Source: Mustelus asterias (lineage: Eukaryota). Taken from it: a stretch of DNA of 64,000 nt. The position numbers were made by a program, and so were the translations under genes. Where the stretch lies: the NCBI RefSeq assembly GCF_964213995.1, contig NC_135822.1:14322001-14386000 (forward strand). Direction: 5' to 3'. The notes beneath the pieces were generated by a model. It was not told the origin of the DNA, did no database searches, and was given only the letters and a program-made list of their open reading frames with translations. Positions 12,841 to 25,999 of this stretch are shown here, in pieces. How positions within the stretch are numbered: position 1 is the stretch's first letter; every line of letters begins with the position of its first letter.

Positions 12841-12982
12841 GAATGATAAAACAAAATGCAGGATAAACTCAGCAGGTCTGACAGCATCTGTGGAGAGAGA
12901 AACAGAGTTAATGTTTCGAGTCCATATGACTCTTCCACAGAACTGTTATTTCAGATTTCCAGCATCCACAGTATTTTGCTTT
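12841..12982. mobile_element. Family A Penelope pseudo-LTR mini-insertion with internal inversion and mutated hammerhead
   Basis: 10-bp TSD TACTGAAGAA at 12831-12840 and 12983-12992; minus-strand AGTT-CTGTGGA-AGAGTCATATGGACTC-GAAACATT-AACT. Confidence 0.8.
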
Positions 12983-13242
12983 TACTGAAGAATACCTTGT
13001 TCTCCCAATGAACTATGTATTTCTGGACTACTAAGCTCCTGAAGGGATATGGTAATTCCATAAGTTAATCATTCACAATCATACTATTGAATGGTTGGAG
13101 CCTGTGGACATCTCCCTAGATGCCATAAATCCTCTCCATAGTCAACCAATCAGGAGGCAAACCTCATTTTCTCTGTCCCCACCTCCCCCTTGACAGAGTT
13201 CACCTTCAGAACTAAAGGAAAATTTGTTGTCTAAAGAAAATC

Positions 13243-13765
13243 ACACTACTGGAAGGATGTGGAAGCTTTGGAGAGAATGCAAAGAAGGTTCACCAGGATG
13301 TTGCCTGGTCTCAAGGCTGTTGACAGAGGGGAGGTTGAATAAACTAGGATTGTTTTCACTTGAAAGATGAAGGTTGAGGGGAGACCTGATAGAGGTCTAC
13401 AAAATTGAGAGGCATAGACAGGGTGGATAGTCAGAGGCTTTTTTCCAGGATGAAAGTATCAGTTACAAGGGGGCACAGGTTCAAGGTGAGAGGGGGAAAG
13501 TTTAAGGGAGATGTGCAGGGGAAGTTTTTGACGCAGAGAGTGGTGGGTGCCTGGAACACACTGCCAAAGATGGCTGTGGAAGCAGGCACCTTAGCAACAT
13601 TTAAGAGGCATCTGGATGGGCACATGAATAGGGAGGGAATAGAGGGATATGGACCGAGTAAGGGCAGAAGGCCTTTTTTTTAGCTTCGAGTATCATGAGT
13701 GGCACAGGGCTTAGGGGGCCAAAGGGCCTGTTCCTGTGTTGTACTTTTCTTTGCTCTTTGTTCTA
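13243..13765 (+). mobile_element. CR1 LINE 3' fragment
   Basis: RFTRMLPG, TRGHRFKV, TQRVVGAWN, FKRHLD and a CR1 3' UTR. Confidence 0.9.
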
Positions 13766-14403
13766 AATCTTATTGCAGACACATATTTAAATTCTGGCCT
13801 CCTCAGAAAACTAATTTGCTTGCAGGAGACATCAAATCACATTTTTGTTTGGAATTGCAAACAAATGTAATGGTTTGCAAAACTCACCCAACTTTGAGGT
13901 CAAGTCTGATTTTTTTTTTTTCCTTGTCTTTTTCTGTCCTTTTACCTACGAGTGTAATCAGAAACCATAGTGAGAAGGCAGGACACAAGAAATAAGGCCA
14001 GGGGCTATCCTCAATGACTCTATGCATCCAATTGACCAGAATCCAAAACTTTTTATTATTGTGAAATGTCATGTCATCCTTGTTTTACCTATTCAGAAAT
14101 CATTCCTTCAAGTCCATGTGGAGTATATGCTGAACTTTTGCAGGTCTTCAACATCAGAGCCTTCATACATTGTACTTGTATAAGACAGGTCTAACACACT
14201 GTACACATTGTTTGACCTGAACAAGGACAGAGTACATGCAGTACCTGTACAGTGACAAGCCTCATATAATAATACACATCTTCCTTGTATTAGGAGAGGT
14301 GCAGCACTGTTGAAATGTTGCAGATAACTTGATTATATAGTTGCAAAAAGTTTAAATACTCCACAAACATTAACTGTAGGTGATCTATGGGTAATGGTAA
14401 TCG

Positions 14404-15080
14404 CAGTAAGAAGTTTAACAACACCAGGTTAAAGTCCAACAGGTTTATTTGGTAGCAAAAGCCACACAAGCTTTTGGAGCTCCAAGCCCCTTCTTCAGGT
14501 GAGTGGGAATTCTGTTCACAAACAGAGCATATAAAGACACAAACTCAATTTACATGAATAATGGTTGGAATGCGAATACTTACAACTAATCAAGTCTTTA
14601 AGAAACAAAACAACGTGAGTGGAGAGAGCATCAAGACAGGCTAAAAAGATGTGTATTGTCTCCAGACAATACTGATTGGAATGACTGATAGCCAAGTTCC
14701 GCACACACGAGGACGGCCTCAACCGGGATATTGGGTTCATGTCACACTATTTGTAACCCCCACAGAGTTTCACTGGCTGTCTTGTCTGGAGACAATACAC
14801 ATCTTTTTAGCCTGTCTTGATGCTCTCTCCACTCACGTTGTTTTGTTTCTTAAAGACTTGATTAGTTGTAAGTATTCGCATTCCAACCATTATTCATGTA
14901 AATTGAGTTTGTGTCTTTATATGCTCTGTTTGTGAACAGAATTCCCACTCACCTGAAGAAGGGGCTTGGAGCTCCGAAAGCTTGTGTGGCTTTTGCTACC
15001 AAATAAACCTGTTGGACTTTAACCTGGTGTTGTTAAACTTCTTACTGTGTTTACCCCAGTCCAACACCAGCATCTCCACA
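14404..15080. mobile_element. Penelope-like (family B) insertion with inverted pseudo-LTR forming a long palindrome
   Basis: 266-bp inverted arms 14404-14669 and 14782-15047; spacer encodes a GIY-YIG ORF end LIAKFRTHEDGLNRDIGFMSHYL*; 12-bp TSD TAATGGTAATCG at 14392-14403 and 15081-15092. Confidence 0.9.
14950..14986 (+). ncRNA. Minimal type I hammerhead ribozyme motif (PLE-associated)
   Basis: CAC-CUGAAGA-A-GGGGC(UUGGA)GCUCC-GAAA-GC-UU-GUG: conserved core boxes, 5-bp stem II, palindromic stem III (AGCU), stem I CAC/GUG. Confidence 0.75.
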
Positions 15081-15649
15081 TAATGGTAATCGGGCAGGAA
15101 AGTTGAGATCAGCTTATTGGTTGTTGGTGCATAGTTTCAGGATCAGGAAAAGGACAAAGTTATATGACTAAAAATAGTCACCAGATATTTGTGACATAAA
15201 AGTAAATCTGTTGAACTGGAAGAGTTAAGAGAAATTAAATCATAGCCAAAATTTCCTGCTGAATAAATTTAAACAACTGAAAGATCATTGGCTAGAATAC
15301 ACAATTTCCTTGCGTGTCCCCTAGCCCCCATGAGGTGCACAAATTATGCCATGAGAAAAAGCTTCCTACATATTTCCATTCATATAAATATAAATGATAG
15401 TGTTAAGCTTCACTTTTCTTTTGTACCGTTCCATTGCCCGTTAGTATGACTTAATCTTGCTTATCATCAGTGTGGCTTTCCAGTTACACAGAAGCTACTT
15501 TATTTTAAATATCTCTTTTTGCAATCGCTTTCATTTGTTGTGTCAGCATGCAGACATTAATACACTATCTTAATAAACAATTTTATCTATTATTCTATTT
15601 CCATATTATTCTAAGGAGAGCTTTTGGGAGCTCATCCTCTTTTTTTTGT

Positions 15650-16490
15650 TATTACAATTGACTGTCTTTTTGACATTTTGTATCTCTCCAATCGGGTGTC
15701 CCTTCCTACCATTGCACCAAAACCTGCCTAACTAAAATTGGAAATCATACCCTTTAAGACTTTGTCTGTGATTCCTCATTCTCCCTCTGTTGCGCTCTTT
15801 GACACATCACCCTCCTTCAAAGCCTTTCCTCTATTGTCCAGCTCACTGGGATTATCCTTGATCAGTTTCACATTTGCCTATCTAATTGTAGCAAGAGTAT
15901 CTACAGCAATGGGCTAAGCTTCTAACCCCATTTATTTCCCATCAAAAAGCCTATCAATTTCATTCTCGATATCTACTGCTTTATCCCTTGTCTGAGCCTA
16001 CTGAAACCCCTATCCATTCCTGTCACTCCCAGATGTCACTATTCTAATGCTTGCCCATTCCTCATATTCCGCAAACATAAGTTTATCCAATCTTGTACTG
16101 ATCTACATCAGATCCCTCTTACTATCATTCAATGTCCTTACTGACCTACATTGGCTCTTGGTGCTCTATGGCCCCCAACTTAAAGCTCATCATTGTGTTC
16201 AAGTTTCATCATAGGCTTGCTTTCCTATCCCTTTACCTCCTCCAGCCCTAGAACCCCCACCCTTGTAACCTCTCCAGTCCTCTGTTGTGCTGGTCCTTCG
16301 TGCTTTTGCCCCATCAGTAGCACATCCAGCCTTCTAGGCCCTATGCTCTGAAATTTTCTCTCCAATCTCCTCTGTCATTCCACAATCCTCTTTCCCATTA
16401 AGACTCTCTTTAAAATCCATCTCCGACTAAGCTTTTGGTCAGCTGCCTTATCCTTCTTTGATCCATATTTTTGCCTGTTTACACCTGTCC
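15650..16490 (+). mobile_element. Ancient L2 LINE 3' remnant
   Basis: Degenerate ETxIH..VT.R..YSNA and LTDLHWL...VFK..HxLA motifs of the L2 ORF2 C-terminus. Confidence 0.65.
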
Positions 16491-19400
16491 AAATGTATAG
16501 GCATAATAAGTGCAAGTTATTTCTGTTATTGTTGAAATATTGTATTGGAAATTGGAGGCTTTTTTAATACAGAACCTCAAATCGACTCATTTAGTTTCCC
16601 AGGTCAACAAGAGCACAAGGTCATGTTTGGCACTAATGTCGTATCTCAGAGCTGAAACCTTCTCTAGGGATCAAAGACCATTTCAATTATGGGTGTGGTG
16701 TTATGGGCTTCTGTAATCAGGTTTAGGTATATAGAACAAAAATAAGTGAGTGTTAATTAACACACTGATGTACTCCCTAGCACATCAACCTCCATTTCTT
16801 TCTGTCTCTTACTCACCGCTTAAGCAACCCCGTTGATCTATGACAATTGAGGGTTGCGGCTCATAACCCTCATTCAATCATGTTTCTATCTAAATGCATT
16901 TTAAGCCCCATATGCTAGGATTGGTCATACTTGCATCAATCGTTTATCTAGGCTTGATTCAAAACAGCTCCTCACGAGTAATTCAAAAATTTCTAAAGAA
17001 GGTGTCCAACAGTTGAAATTGACTTCTCATTAAAACAGCGTAGACCAAACCCCTGGGTGCATTTAAGGAATAATTGTAGGCTGCATTAGGGACAGGGTGG
17101 GGGCTACTTCAGTGGTAGCGTGTGTTTTGAAACTTGAAAGCAGTAAGCATAAGAAATCATGCAACTAGTAAACTACATTTAGCCATGACAAACTGACTCT
17201 TTTCCCCTGTCCACATACAATTTATATTTTTATAAGTTGTTCTCAACTTGAAACTCCTGAAGAAACTCTGCTTCTGCAGGGAATGTATCAAGGAGATCAA
17301 ACTGAGCAAAAAAAAGCCTGGATGTTAGCTGAACTTTCCAGGCGCATTATTCAACCCTGCATGTATTCTACCGGTAGCACTCCTGAAGTTCTAGCAGATC
17401 CAGAACCCAATTGATTCCAGTGTGATGCTCTTTTTCTAATTTCTCCCTTAGACCTTTAATTTTGTTGACAACTAGATATTACTCCAGCTCATTTTTTTTC
17501 AAGGATCCAATTGACCTCCCTTTGAAGCAAAATACATAGGAGAATGCCTTCTTTAGAACTGTAGCATTTAACTGTCAGGAAGGAGGCCAGTTGGTCCATT
17601 GTGTCTGTGTTGCTTCTCTTTAAATGTTCTGCAGTGTTAGATTTTCCAGATTCAAATGCCTTCTGCTCATGATTGAGGTCTGAAAGAATTTTCATCCATC
17701 AAATTTCCCATGATCATTAATGCTCCCACAGTTGACTAACCAAGAGTGTGAACTGATGTGATAAGTACAAATGGGCATGAAAACATTGCCAGAAACATAG
17801 TATTCTTATCTCCTTTTCACCAAAATAGTGTAATATTTATATGAAAAGAACTCCCCTATACATTCTTCTTTAATTATTTTCAATGAGAACTGTTCCACAT
17901 ATGTGCAATCCTAAGGGAAACAATCCTCTCACCTGAGGCTTGCTAATTTAATGATTGCTGTTTGTGTTAACTATCTTGTTAACATACGGTTCCTTCAACC
18001 TTTAGGTTTGCATTTTCAATACCTTAATAGCATTACTGCCAGGCAGTTTCACTTTGTACCAATACTAAGAAGTTCTAAAGAGCTGATGTTGTTACACTGC
18101 ACTCTGTGGAGTTTTGCTAAAAGAGACAGATTGGAAATACTATTATAACCTTATATAGCACATTCTGCAATCTGACACCCTATTTAATTAGGCTCTATGC
18201 TGGGAGAAGAGATTTGCAAAACTAACCCTTTATCATCTGACCTGGAAGTGTTTCACCAGTATTGTGCTGCTTCCCTCTGGAGTTAGGACAACCCCTGACT
18301 CTAGGTTTATATCATAGAGATAACTTTGTGAGGCTCGCATGCGAGAGATCTGGTGTCACAATTTGCCCTTTATAAGCATTATAACACTATATTTGATCCA
18401 CACTCTACCATGGCTTCGCAATGGGAGAAGTACCTCACATATATAACACCTTAATTTAGGATCGGTTCAAAGTAAATTGCCTTGCACTAGTGCAGTGCTT
18501 GTGCTATTAGTACAGCTTTGTTAACATGGGTCATGGGCCCCCAGTGAATCTTTTGGTCATGTCCATTCTTAAAGTTACAAAGCCAATGCGCCAAGCAGAC
18601 CGGGCAAGCCCTTAATTCATCTTTTTGCTTGTTCCAAAAACCAATTCATGGTCCACACGAGAGACATGCAAGATCTAAGCTGACAAGAAAAGGCATTACA
18701 CCTGATCTTGAGCTTGATCCTAGCCGAAAGTCCGAAAGGAAGGGCATCCGTGTCAGGTGATCATGGTTTCACCCCTGCCACGTCCAATTATTTTAGCCTT
18801 CCCTCTAATTTGAATCACTTCTGCACGTCAAGGGTCAACAGCATACTCTACACCACCATCAGTAGTCAGTGTTTATTTTCTGTCTGGTTTAAAACGTTCC
18901 TTTAAAATGGCAGAGCAGTGTATTCGGACAATAGGGTGCAATGCAGAGTGGTGGGATGTGGCTTCATACTTTCTGAAACACAAACCCCAGCCTTTTGGGA
19001 GGCAATATCGGAATGGTGCAGCCATTAAACTTGAGCATCTCCCAGCGGGTGCTCCCAGGGCTGACTCGGCAGAGGCCTGGGATTGATGCCCAGCTCATAA
19101 GAAAATCATGTTCGACATGTGCCCTTTTCCTCTTCGCGGCTCGCAGTCAGCGTGGTGTTCCACCAGAAGTGGAAAAAATCTATAATTTGCTCCCTTTACA
19201 TATTTAAAATTGCAACTATAAATGCAAGAGAAACAAAAGAGTATTTTGCTATTAAGACACATGCCCTTAAAATGCAATGTCGTTAAATTGGTGTGCAATG
19301 TTACGAAAAAGGAGACTAAATCAAGAGGAATTACAATGTTACATAAACTTTGGGGAGAGATACATGCAGACAATTTCAGTGGTTTTCTTCCTTTGCATAA

Positions 19401-20347
19401 ATGATCTTGAAATTGCAACATTGATCTTCCGAGATTGTGTGGATGACCCCAGCGGACAGAGTTGTGTTATGTTACTGTGTTACCAGGGAGATGTGTGTAA
19501 CTAACCAGGAGGGGAACAGGTGAACCCAAGCTAAAAGTTTAACGGGGCTGGTTAGCTAAAATATAACTTCTGTTCCATTAGTTGATTGCAAAGTGGCATG
19601 TGGCAGAAAATTGGGGACACGGGTGAAAATGTTACCATGCAGCCGTTTAAAAAATGCATTAACAATACTGAAAGTAAGCTTCCTGTCAACTGGGATTAGC
19701 AATATTTTACCTATAATGCAGTGTTTTACACAGAAATTTTCTGAAATCCATTGGACTAAATTGAATATTTTTGTGAAAATTGTGTTAAAACAATCCATGA
19801 ATTTATTTTCACACATGATCGCCATTATTTTGTAATTAAAAATTAGTTAAGAAACTAGCAACAGTTCATTTTATACGTCGATTGTATCATATAAGAAATG
19901 TGTGTGGATTGTGTTACAGGCAAGAAACGATGGTAATGCACTATTTATTCTTAACTTAAATCTAAGAATACTAAGGAATAAATATTTCAGAGGTATCTAA
20001 TCTGTTGTACCCAGTCTTGACAATCTGGAACTTGAAGCTCAGACAGATTATCCACTGGGAGTAGTTGGTGGAGGTTGGAGATATGCTGGTTTGGGGGGGG
20101 TGGGGGGGGGGGAGTTAGAAGAGAGTAGTCATATGAGGGGACTGAGGGTTTTAAGGTTTTTAATGTTAGTACCACAAAATTAAATACTGTACACTTCTCA
20201 AAATACACTTTTTGAATTTAAACCAGCTTATAAATAGTCTAAATTTTTATTATGCCCTGAAGTGTACACAATTCTGATGACATGCAGTGTTGATCACCTT
20301 GAGAATCTTGGGTCTCATCAAAATAAGTGAAAGAAACTAAAAACCGA

Positions 20348-20945
20348 AGTGGAATCTTACCAGAAAAGTGACCAAATGTCAAGGTCTGACTGAAGACTGG
20401 CATGTTTCTCTCCAGAATAATTGGCGGGTTTTCTCGCCTGTTCATATGGCAATTTGTCAAAAAGTGACAGGTGAGCATGTTTTATGCTGCCATGTTGAGG
20501 GGAAAGACCTAAACACACCGGCAAAGCCAGCTACACTGAAATCAGGGCGCAGTTTCTTAAAGGGCGCTCTGGTCAGAGAGAAAAGTAACCCCACCCACCA
20601 CGGAAGTCTCAGGGGGTCAACCCCCCCACCATCATTAGCAGCAAGCCTTTCCCCCATGATCAATGCCAGCAATCCCCTGCTCCTCCCCCCACAATTGATG
20701 CTGGCATCAACCCCATCATCACTCTCTCTCTTCCATCACCCCCAAACAGTCAGCAGCGGAACACCTACTCCCCTCCCTCCCCAAGCAGTCATTGACAGTG
20801 TCCCTGCCACTCCCATGTCTACCTGCCGTCTCCCCCCCCCCTCCCCCCCAATGTCTGGGTGAACCTGTTGTAAACCTCGCTGATGTGACATCACACTGGT
20901 GAGGTTTGAAAATCCAACAGCTGAGGAATATATGGCCGGGGGGGG
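20348..20945. mobile_element. Putative non-autonomous DNA transposon/MITE remnant (GC-rich, C-run interior)
   Basis: Begins GGAATCTTACC and loosely resembles the reverse complement of the 55380-55495 end; termini not cleanly paired. Confidence 0.4.
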
Positions 20946-21974
20946 GATGTCTTTTCCATTGACTTCAATCTTGTTCTTTTGTCTCCTTATGTTTTTTGAG
21001 GTATTGACATATTGTGATGATGTTGTTTTATAGATTTAAAAAATATATTGTAGTGAGAAGCAATAGTCAAACTGACACAATGCTGAATCATTCAGGCTTT
21101 GTCCTCTGACCTCTGACCACATAGAGACACCTGAGCGCTCCAATGCTTCTCGCTGACAGTGAAGACCCATGTTGTTCAATCATTCCACTTTGTTGCTCAG
21201 GAGTCATTGATCGTTCTACCTTGTGAGATTACAGATTGCTGGGTTGTGGGTTCAAATCCCAAGTCAGAGACTTGAATAGAAAATCCCATGCTGACTACTT
21301 ACCTGTGCTCTCAACCTCCTGTTGCTTATTTGGAGTGCATTCAGCTGCTTGTTCTGAAGAATTAGAGGAAAGATTTACCATCAACATCAATATACGGTTA
21401 GGATCTGGAATGTATACTGTATCTGGAATGTATACCTTGGGACTGCGATGGAAGATTCAATTGTGACTTTTTAAAGGAAATTAAATAAGCACCTGGAGAA
21501 ATATTTGCAGGGTTCCAGGGAAGCTTTGGAGGAGTGGGACTAGCTGAGTTGCTGTTGCGGAGAGTGAGAATGGACACCATGGACCTCCTTCTGTGCTGTA
21601 ACTATTCTATGATTATTTACATGTAGAATTATTTTAAATACATATATTATGCTAGTTTTCAATTTTATTAGTTCCTTTCTTTCAGTATATATCTCCATTG
21701 TCCCCCAACCATGGATGTTCCACACAGGCAGGAAGAATTGTGACTTACTCTGAGGTTGCTGTTGGTCATTCCCTAAAGTTGGGTAATGAATCAGCACTGT
21801 TACAGGTCCAGAATTTGGATATGGCATCAGAGTTAGGAATCAGACAAGTGGACAAGGAAAAGCAAAATCTGTGACATTGGTCTGTTTGCTGTACTATGCA
21901 TGCAAATTCTTACCAAAATACCCCTTTAATGACCACCTAATCAAAACCAACAACATGGGGCAGAAGGTCACAAG

Positions 21975-22265
21975 TTGATTCTTAATTGAGCTGAGTTAGC
22001 TCAACTGGAATAGGAGTTGGAATGCTACAATACAATTGACTCAGCACCACTAGGTTAAGATGTAAATAAAAATTCATTGTGGTTCCCACATGTCTCCTAT
22101 TTGTGGATTTTGGCTCAGACCAAGACAGGGCTCAACTATGACACTTTCCATGGTGAAATAACCTACCCACATTTACTCTGTAGACTTGCTTGTGAAGTGT
22201 AACCCTTTGCCATCAAAAGATTTCCTGAAACCTTGGCACCGGCCCATCACCCTAGTTGCAGAAAG
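21975..22265 (+). mobile_element. LF-SINE-like ancient SINE remnant
   Basis: CTGAGTTAGCT...GCTACAAT...GACAGGGCTCAACTATGA; similar to 34940-35230 and 38945-39200. Confidence 0.5.
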
Positions 22266-22779
22266 GTAGAGGAGGCCAACATTTTTATAGAACTTACGAA
22301 AGATCCTGTAATGGGGTGGATAATAACCAAAATGGATTGGATGTTGGTTTGTCATCCATACTTTCCACAGGAGACTCGGGAAAGAAAATCATTAAGTCAA
22401 AATATACTTTTGAAATTTTTGACTAAAATTACCAGAATATGAGAATTTTTGAGTATATTGTTGCATGCAAAGAGTTAAATAAATCAACAGCCAGCTTGTG
22501 AGGTCACAGCATACGCTGCATTCTGGAACAACATGTTTCTCGGTTTAGGTCCAAATGGAAATTCAATTGCTCTCATCACCTACAGGAATCGCTGTTATTT
22601 AATTGTCATGTTGCTGTGCTAGCCCAGCCTTTGTCTCTCCGGAGGGCAATTACTTGGGGAATGTGATGGTGTAATTGGGCAGGTGTGTGGAACATAATCA
22701 CAGCTAGCTGCAAATTAATGTTGGAAGTGGTTGCTTTTACGTCCATGGTGTGTGAGTGAGTCAGTGTACTGAGTAGCAG

Positions 22780-22902
22780 CACAAAAGCAAGATGCTGGAA
22801 ACCTGAAATAAAGACAAAGTGCTGGGAATACGCAGCAGATCAGGCAGCATCTGTGGCGAGAAACAGAGTTTAATGCTTCAGATTGGTGACCTTTCATTGA
22901 CT
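22780..22902 (-). mobile_element. Family A Penelope pseudo-LTR fragment, decayed hammerhead
   Basis: Same AAAAGCA..GATGCTGGAAA..CAGGCAGCATCTGTGG..AACAGAGTT block as 12845 and 52440. Confidence 0.7.
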
Positions 22903-22959
22903 TGAAATGCTACATGGGATAAGAAACAAGTTGAAGAGTTACATAATGTGTGATATTGA

Positions 22960-23170
22960 ACTGGCTGAAGAGTAGTGCAGGGTAGAGTTCTTGCAGCATT
23001 GCAGAAGCTGGAGAGGATACACTCTGGGAAAAAAATAGGGTATTTTTAACATTTGCCAGAATAAATAGGATCACCATATGATATTTCATCTGAAGAACAG
23101 CACTTCTGACAATGCAGCACTCCCTCAATACTGCACTGATATGTCAGCCTGAATTATATTTTGAAATTCT
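22960..23170 (-). mobile_element. Deu-domain SINE remnant
   Basis: TTTCATCTGAAGAACAGCACTTCTGACAATGCAGCACTCCCTCAATACTGCACTG, typical reverse-strand Deu-SINE segment. Confidence 0.6.
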
Positions 23171-23757
23171 AGAGTGCTACTAGCTTCAGCCAAATTGAGA
23201 TCCAAAAATAATTCTTTCCTGTCCTTTAAACTGCCTGATGGTGATTGGACATGAGGGAGGGAAAGGGTAATTTTAACCTCAAGGAGCACCTGGAGTTTGG
23301 CTGCAGGTGCAGAATGACAACTGGAGAAAATGCAAACATGCTGGGAAGCCAATTCCAATCTGTTGATTCTGTATTTAACTGAAGTTTGTTAGACTCTCTG
23401 CGTACAACCCCCTCAAGAGAGCTGGGTTGCCTTTTAAACACCACTCATTGGAGTGACATTTCAGCTGACTTTCACATGTAATGGTACGTCCACAGGTTTG
23501 CTGAGCTTCCCGATATCCTCCTATGAAAGCAAGGCAAAAATAATGACAATTGAAAGGACTGATTCAACCACCATGAAACACTGCAACAGATGCTCAGCCC
23601 TCACAGCTATATTATCTACCACAGAGTATAAAAGGATTTATTCATAGTACATTTGCTGAGAATCTACTTTCCACACTTAGAGGATTTCTGGGTCAGATCA
23701 GGATAGGTGGCACTTTGGCTGCCTTGGACCTCAGAAAGGAGCAATATGACTCTCACC

Positions 23758-24458
23758 AATATTAATGATTTAAATGAAGGCACAGCAATGTGAATGAGTT
23801 TGCAGATGAAGCAAAGCTGGTTGGAAAGGTTAGCGATGGGAAAAGCAAAGAGGCTGCAAAGGGATATTGATAGGTTAAGTGAATGGACAACCAGATGGCA
23901 GATGGATTATAATATAGGGAAGTGTGACATTATTCACTTGGTCAAAATAATAGAAGAGATCAATTTTTATTTAAAGATGGGAAAGTGTTGATGTTCAAAG
24001 AGACTTTGGTGTCCCCTTACAAGGAATTCAAAAAATTAACATGCAGGTAAAGTGAGCAATGACATGTTGACCTTTTTATTGCAAGGGGATTGGATTACAA
24101 GAATAAAGTAGTCTTGCTCGAGTTGTACAGGGTTTTGGTGAGACCACATCTGGAATACTATGTGCAGTTTTGTTCTCCTCATTTAAGAAAAGATATGCTT
24201 GCATTGGAGGTAGTACAGTGAAGATTAATTGAATTGATCCCTGGGGTGAGGGGGTTGTCCAATAATGAGAGGCTGAGCAAATTGGGTCTATTTTCTCTGG
24301 CATTTAGAAGCATGAGAGGTGATCTCAATGAAACATGCAAGATTCTGAAGGGACTTGATTGAATCTATGCTGAGAGATTGTTTCCATTGGTTAGGGAATC
24401 TAAAATGTAGGGGCACAGTCTCAGGATAAGGATTGAGATGAGAGGAAATTACTTCACA
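23758..24458 (+). mobile_element. CR1 LINE RT C-terminal fragment
   Basis: LQRDIDRLSEW..WQM..N.GKC, LVRPHLEY.VQF. Confidence 0.88.
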
Positions 24459-25536
24459 AGCAGCAGTAACAACTTGCCGTTTAGAGTCCTTCAGCTAGAC
24501 AACAAGGGACAAGCAGCAGAAGGGTGCAAGTCACAGGAGACACATTACCCTTGCTACAGGGTCTGTAGGCAACTGCTGAGTTTCTTTGACATGTCGAAAC
24601 ATAGTGTTCCAGAAGGCCCAGGTTAACTGAGGTGGTGCCAGCCATCAACCTGCCAGAAGACCACCACTGGCTGTCAAAGTTGCCACCACCCTCCACGTTT
24701 TTGCCATTGGATTCTCATAAGGCTCTGCTGCAAATATATACAGGATCTCCCAGTCAGCAATCTATGAATGAATAAGGTAGGTGAATGATGGGTTGTTTGC
24801 CAGAGCCAACAATTGTGTGAATTTTGCCTTTTATGATGCCAATCAAAATAAGTAAATGCTCAGGTTTGCATCTCTGGCTATCTTCCCACAGAGTCAGGGT
24901 GTCGTTAACTGCACACAACTGGTAATCTGGGCATCCTGCATATCAAATAGGAGTATTCATCAACTGCAAGGTCATTTCACTCCATCAATGTGCAGCCTGT
25001 GTGCAACAACAAAAAGATATTTCTCAGGATGCTGTCATAATTCTTTTGTTCGTCAATAGTTTAAGCCCCCTGACATCTTTGGAGCTGGAAGCACACATGA
25101 GACCGATAGATGAGACAACTACTTCAAATTTGGCTGTTGGTTTTTAGGAGTTTGAAACCTTAACTGTTATGAGAATGGGCTAGCAAAAAGTTCAGCTGTG
25201 AAACTGAATGAGGTAAATGTCAGAACACGTTTATTAAGTTTTCAGGTGAGCTATAGCAATAAATTTAGGCAGTGATTTACAGTCCTGTAATATCCTAACT
25301 GTGTTAGGGGTTGTGGGTTTTAACAAAAAGAATGTGGTTTGCACACGCAGGTTCAAACTAACAACAGATTTATTCCAGGAGCTTTTTCCAATACAAAGTA
25401 CAAACAAAAAGTAAAACAGCAGCCTCTGCAAACACCCTAATGATATCACCATCAAATAATATGATCAGTTCTCCAAGAAATCTGCAACCCTTTTAAATAT
25501 ATAACAAATCTAATGTGAACTATATACTTCCCATAT

Positions 25537-25905
25537 TGTGACGAGATGGTGAGTGTACAATGGCGTGTCTTGCAGCTTTTGGTCTTCAGGCTTTTATTTT
25601 CTCTTTCTCTCGTTTCTAATTTTAGCCACTACACAAATCTGATAGGATGCCCTTTTTTTTAATCCTGGCTCTTGAGGCTTTTTTATCCTGTGGTCTCTTG
25701 TATTAGTTGAAATTGTGCCGCGATAGCATACATGCTTTAAGTTGGTAATTAAGCACATCTGTCCCAATTGGGGAAGGATTAGGGAATCATTGCAAGAGTA
25801 TATAAACTAGCAGAGTCTCTGCGAGAGTCTGTGACTTTGCTGTCTTAGAAATAAACTTGTTTTAAGATGCAGGCTAGCTTCAGATTCATTCTTCCTCAAC
25901 ATACA
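25537..25905 (+). mobile_element. Probable LTR
   Basis: Starts TGTGACG, TATATAAA near 25800, AATAAA near 25850, directly upstream of an integrase remnant; right end uncertain. Confidence 0.5.
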
Positions 25906-25999
25906 ATTACTGGAATTAAAATGAGCAGAGGATGAACGTTAAGCTTTGATTGGTTGCTGAATAAGAAGTTGTCTGAATTCTCTTAGAGAAAGAAGCATA

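Noticed and set aside
14516-14935. Two opposite-strand ORFs with identical C-termini
   Set aside because: Direct consequence of the palindrome; they lie mostly in PLE 3' UTR sequence
17279-17413. Possible coding exon after a CTTCTGCAG acceptor (GMYQGDQTEQKKAWMLAEL...)
   Set aside because: No recognisable homology, no convincing donor, no partner exons
20368-20862. Proline-rich 164-aa ORF
   Set aside because: Arises from the C-rich interior of a MITE-like repeat
21403-21435. 15-bp direct repeat ATCTGGAATGTATAC
   Set aside because: Simple local slippage duplication
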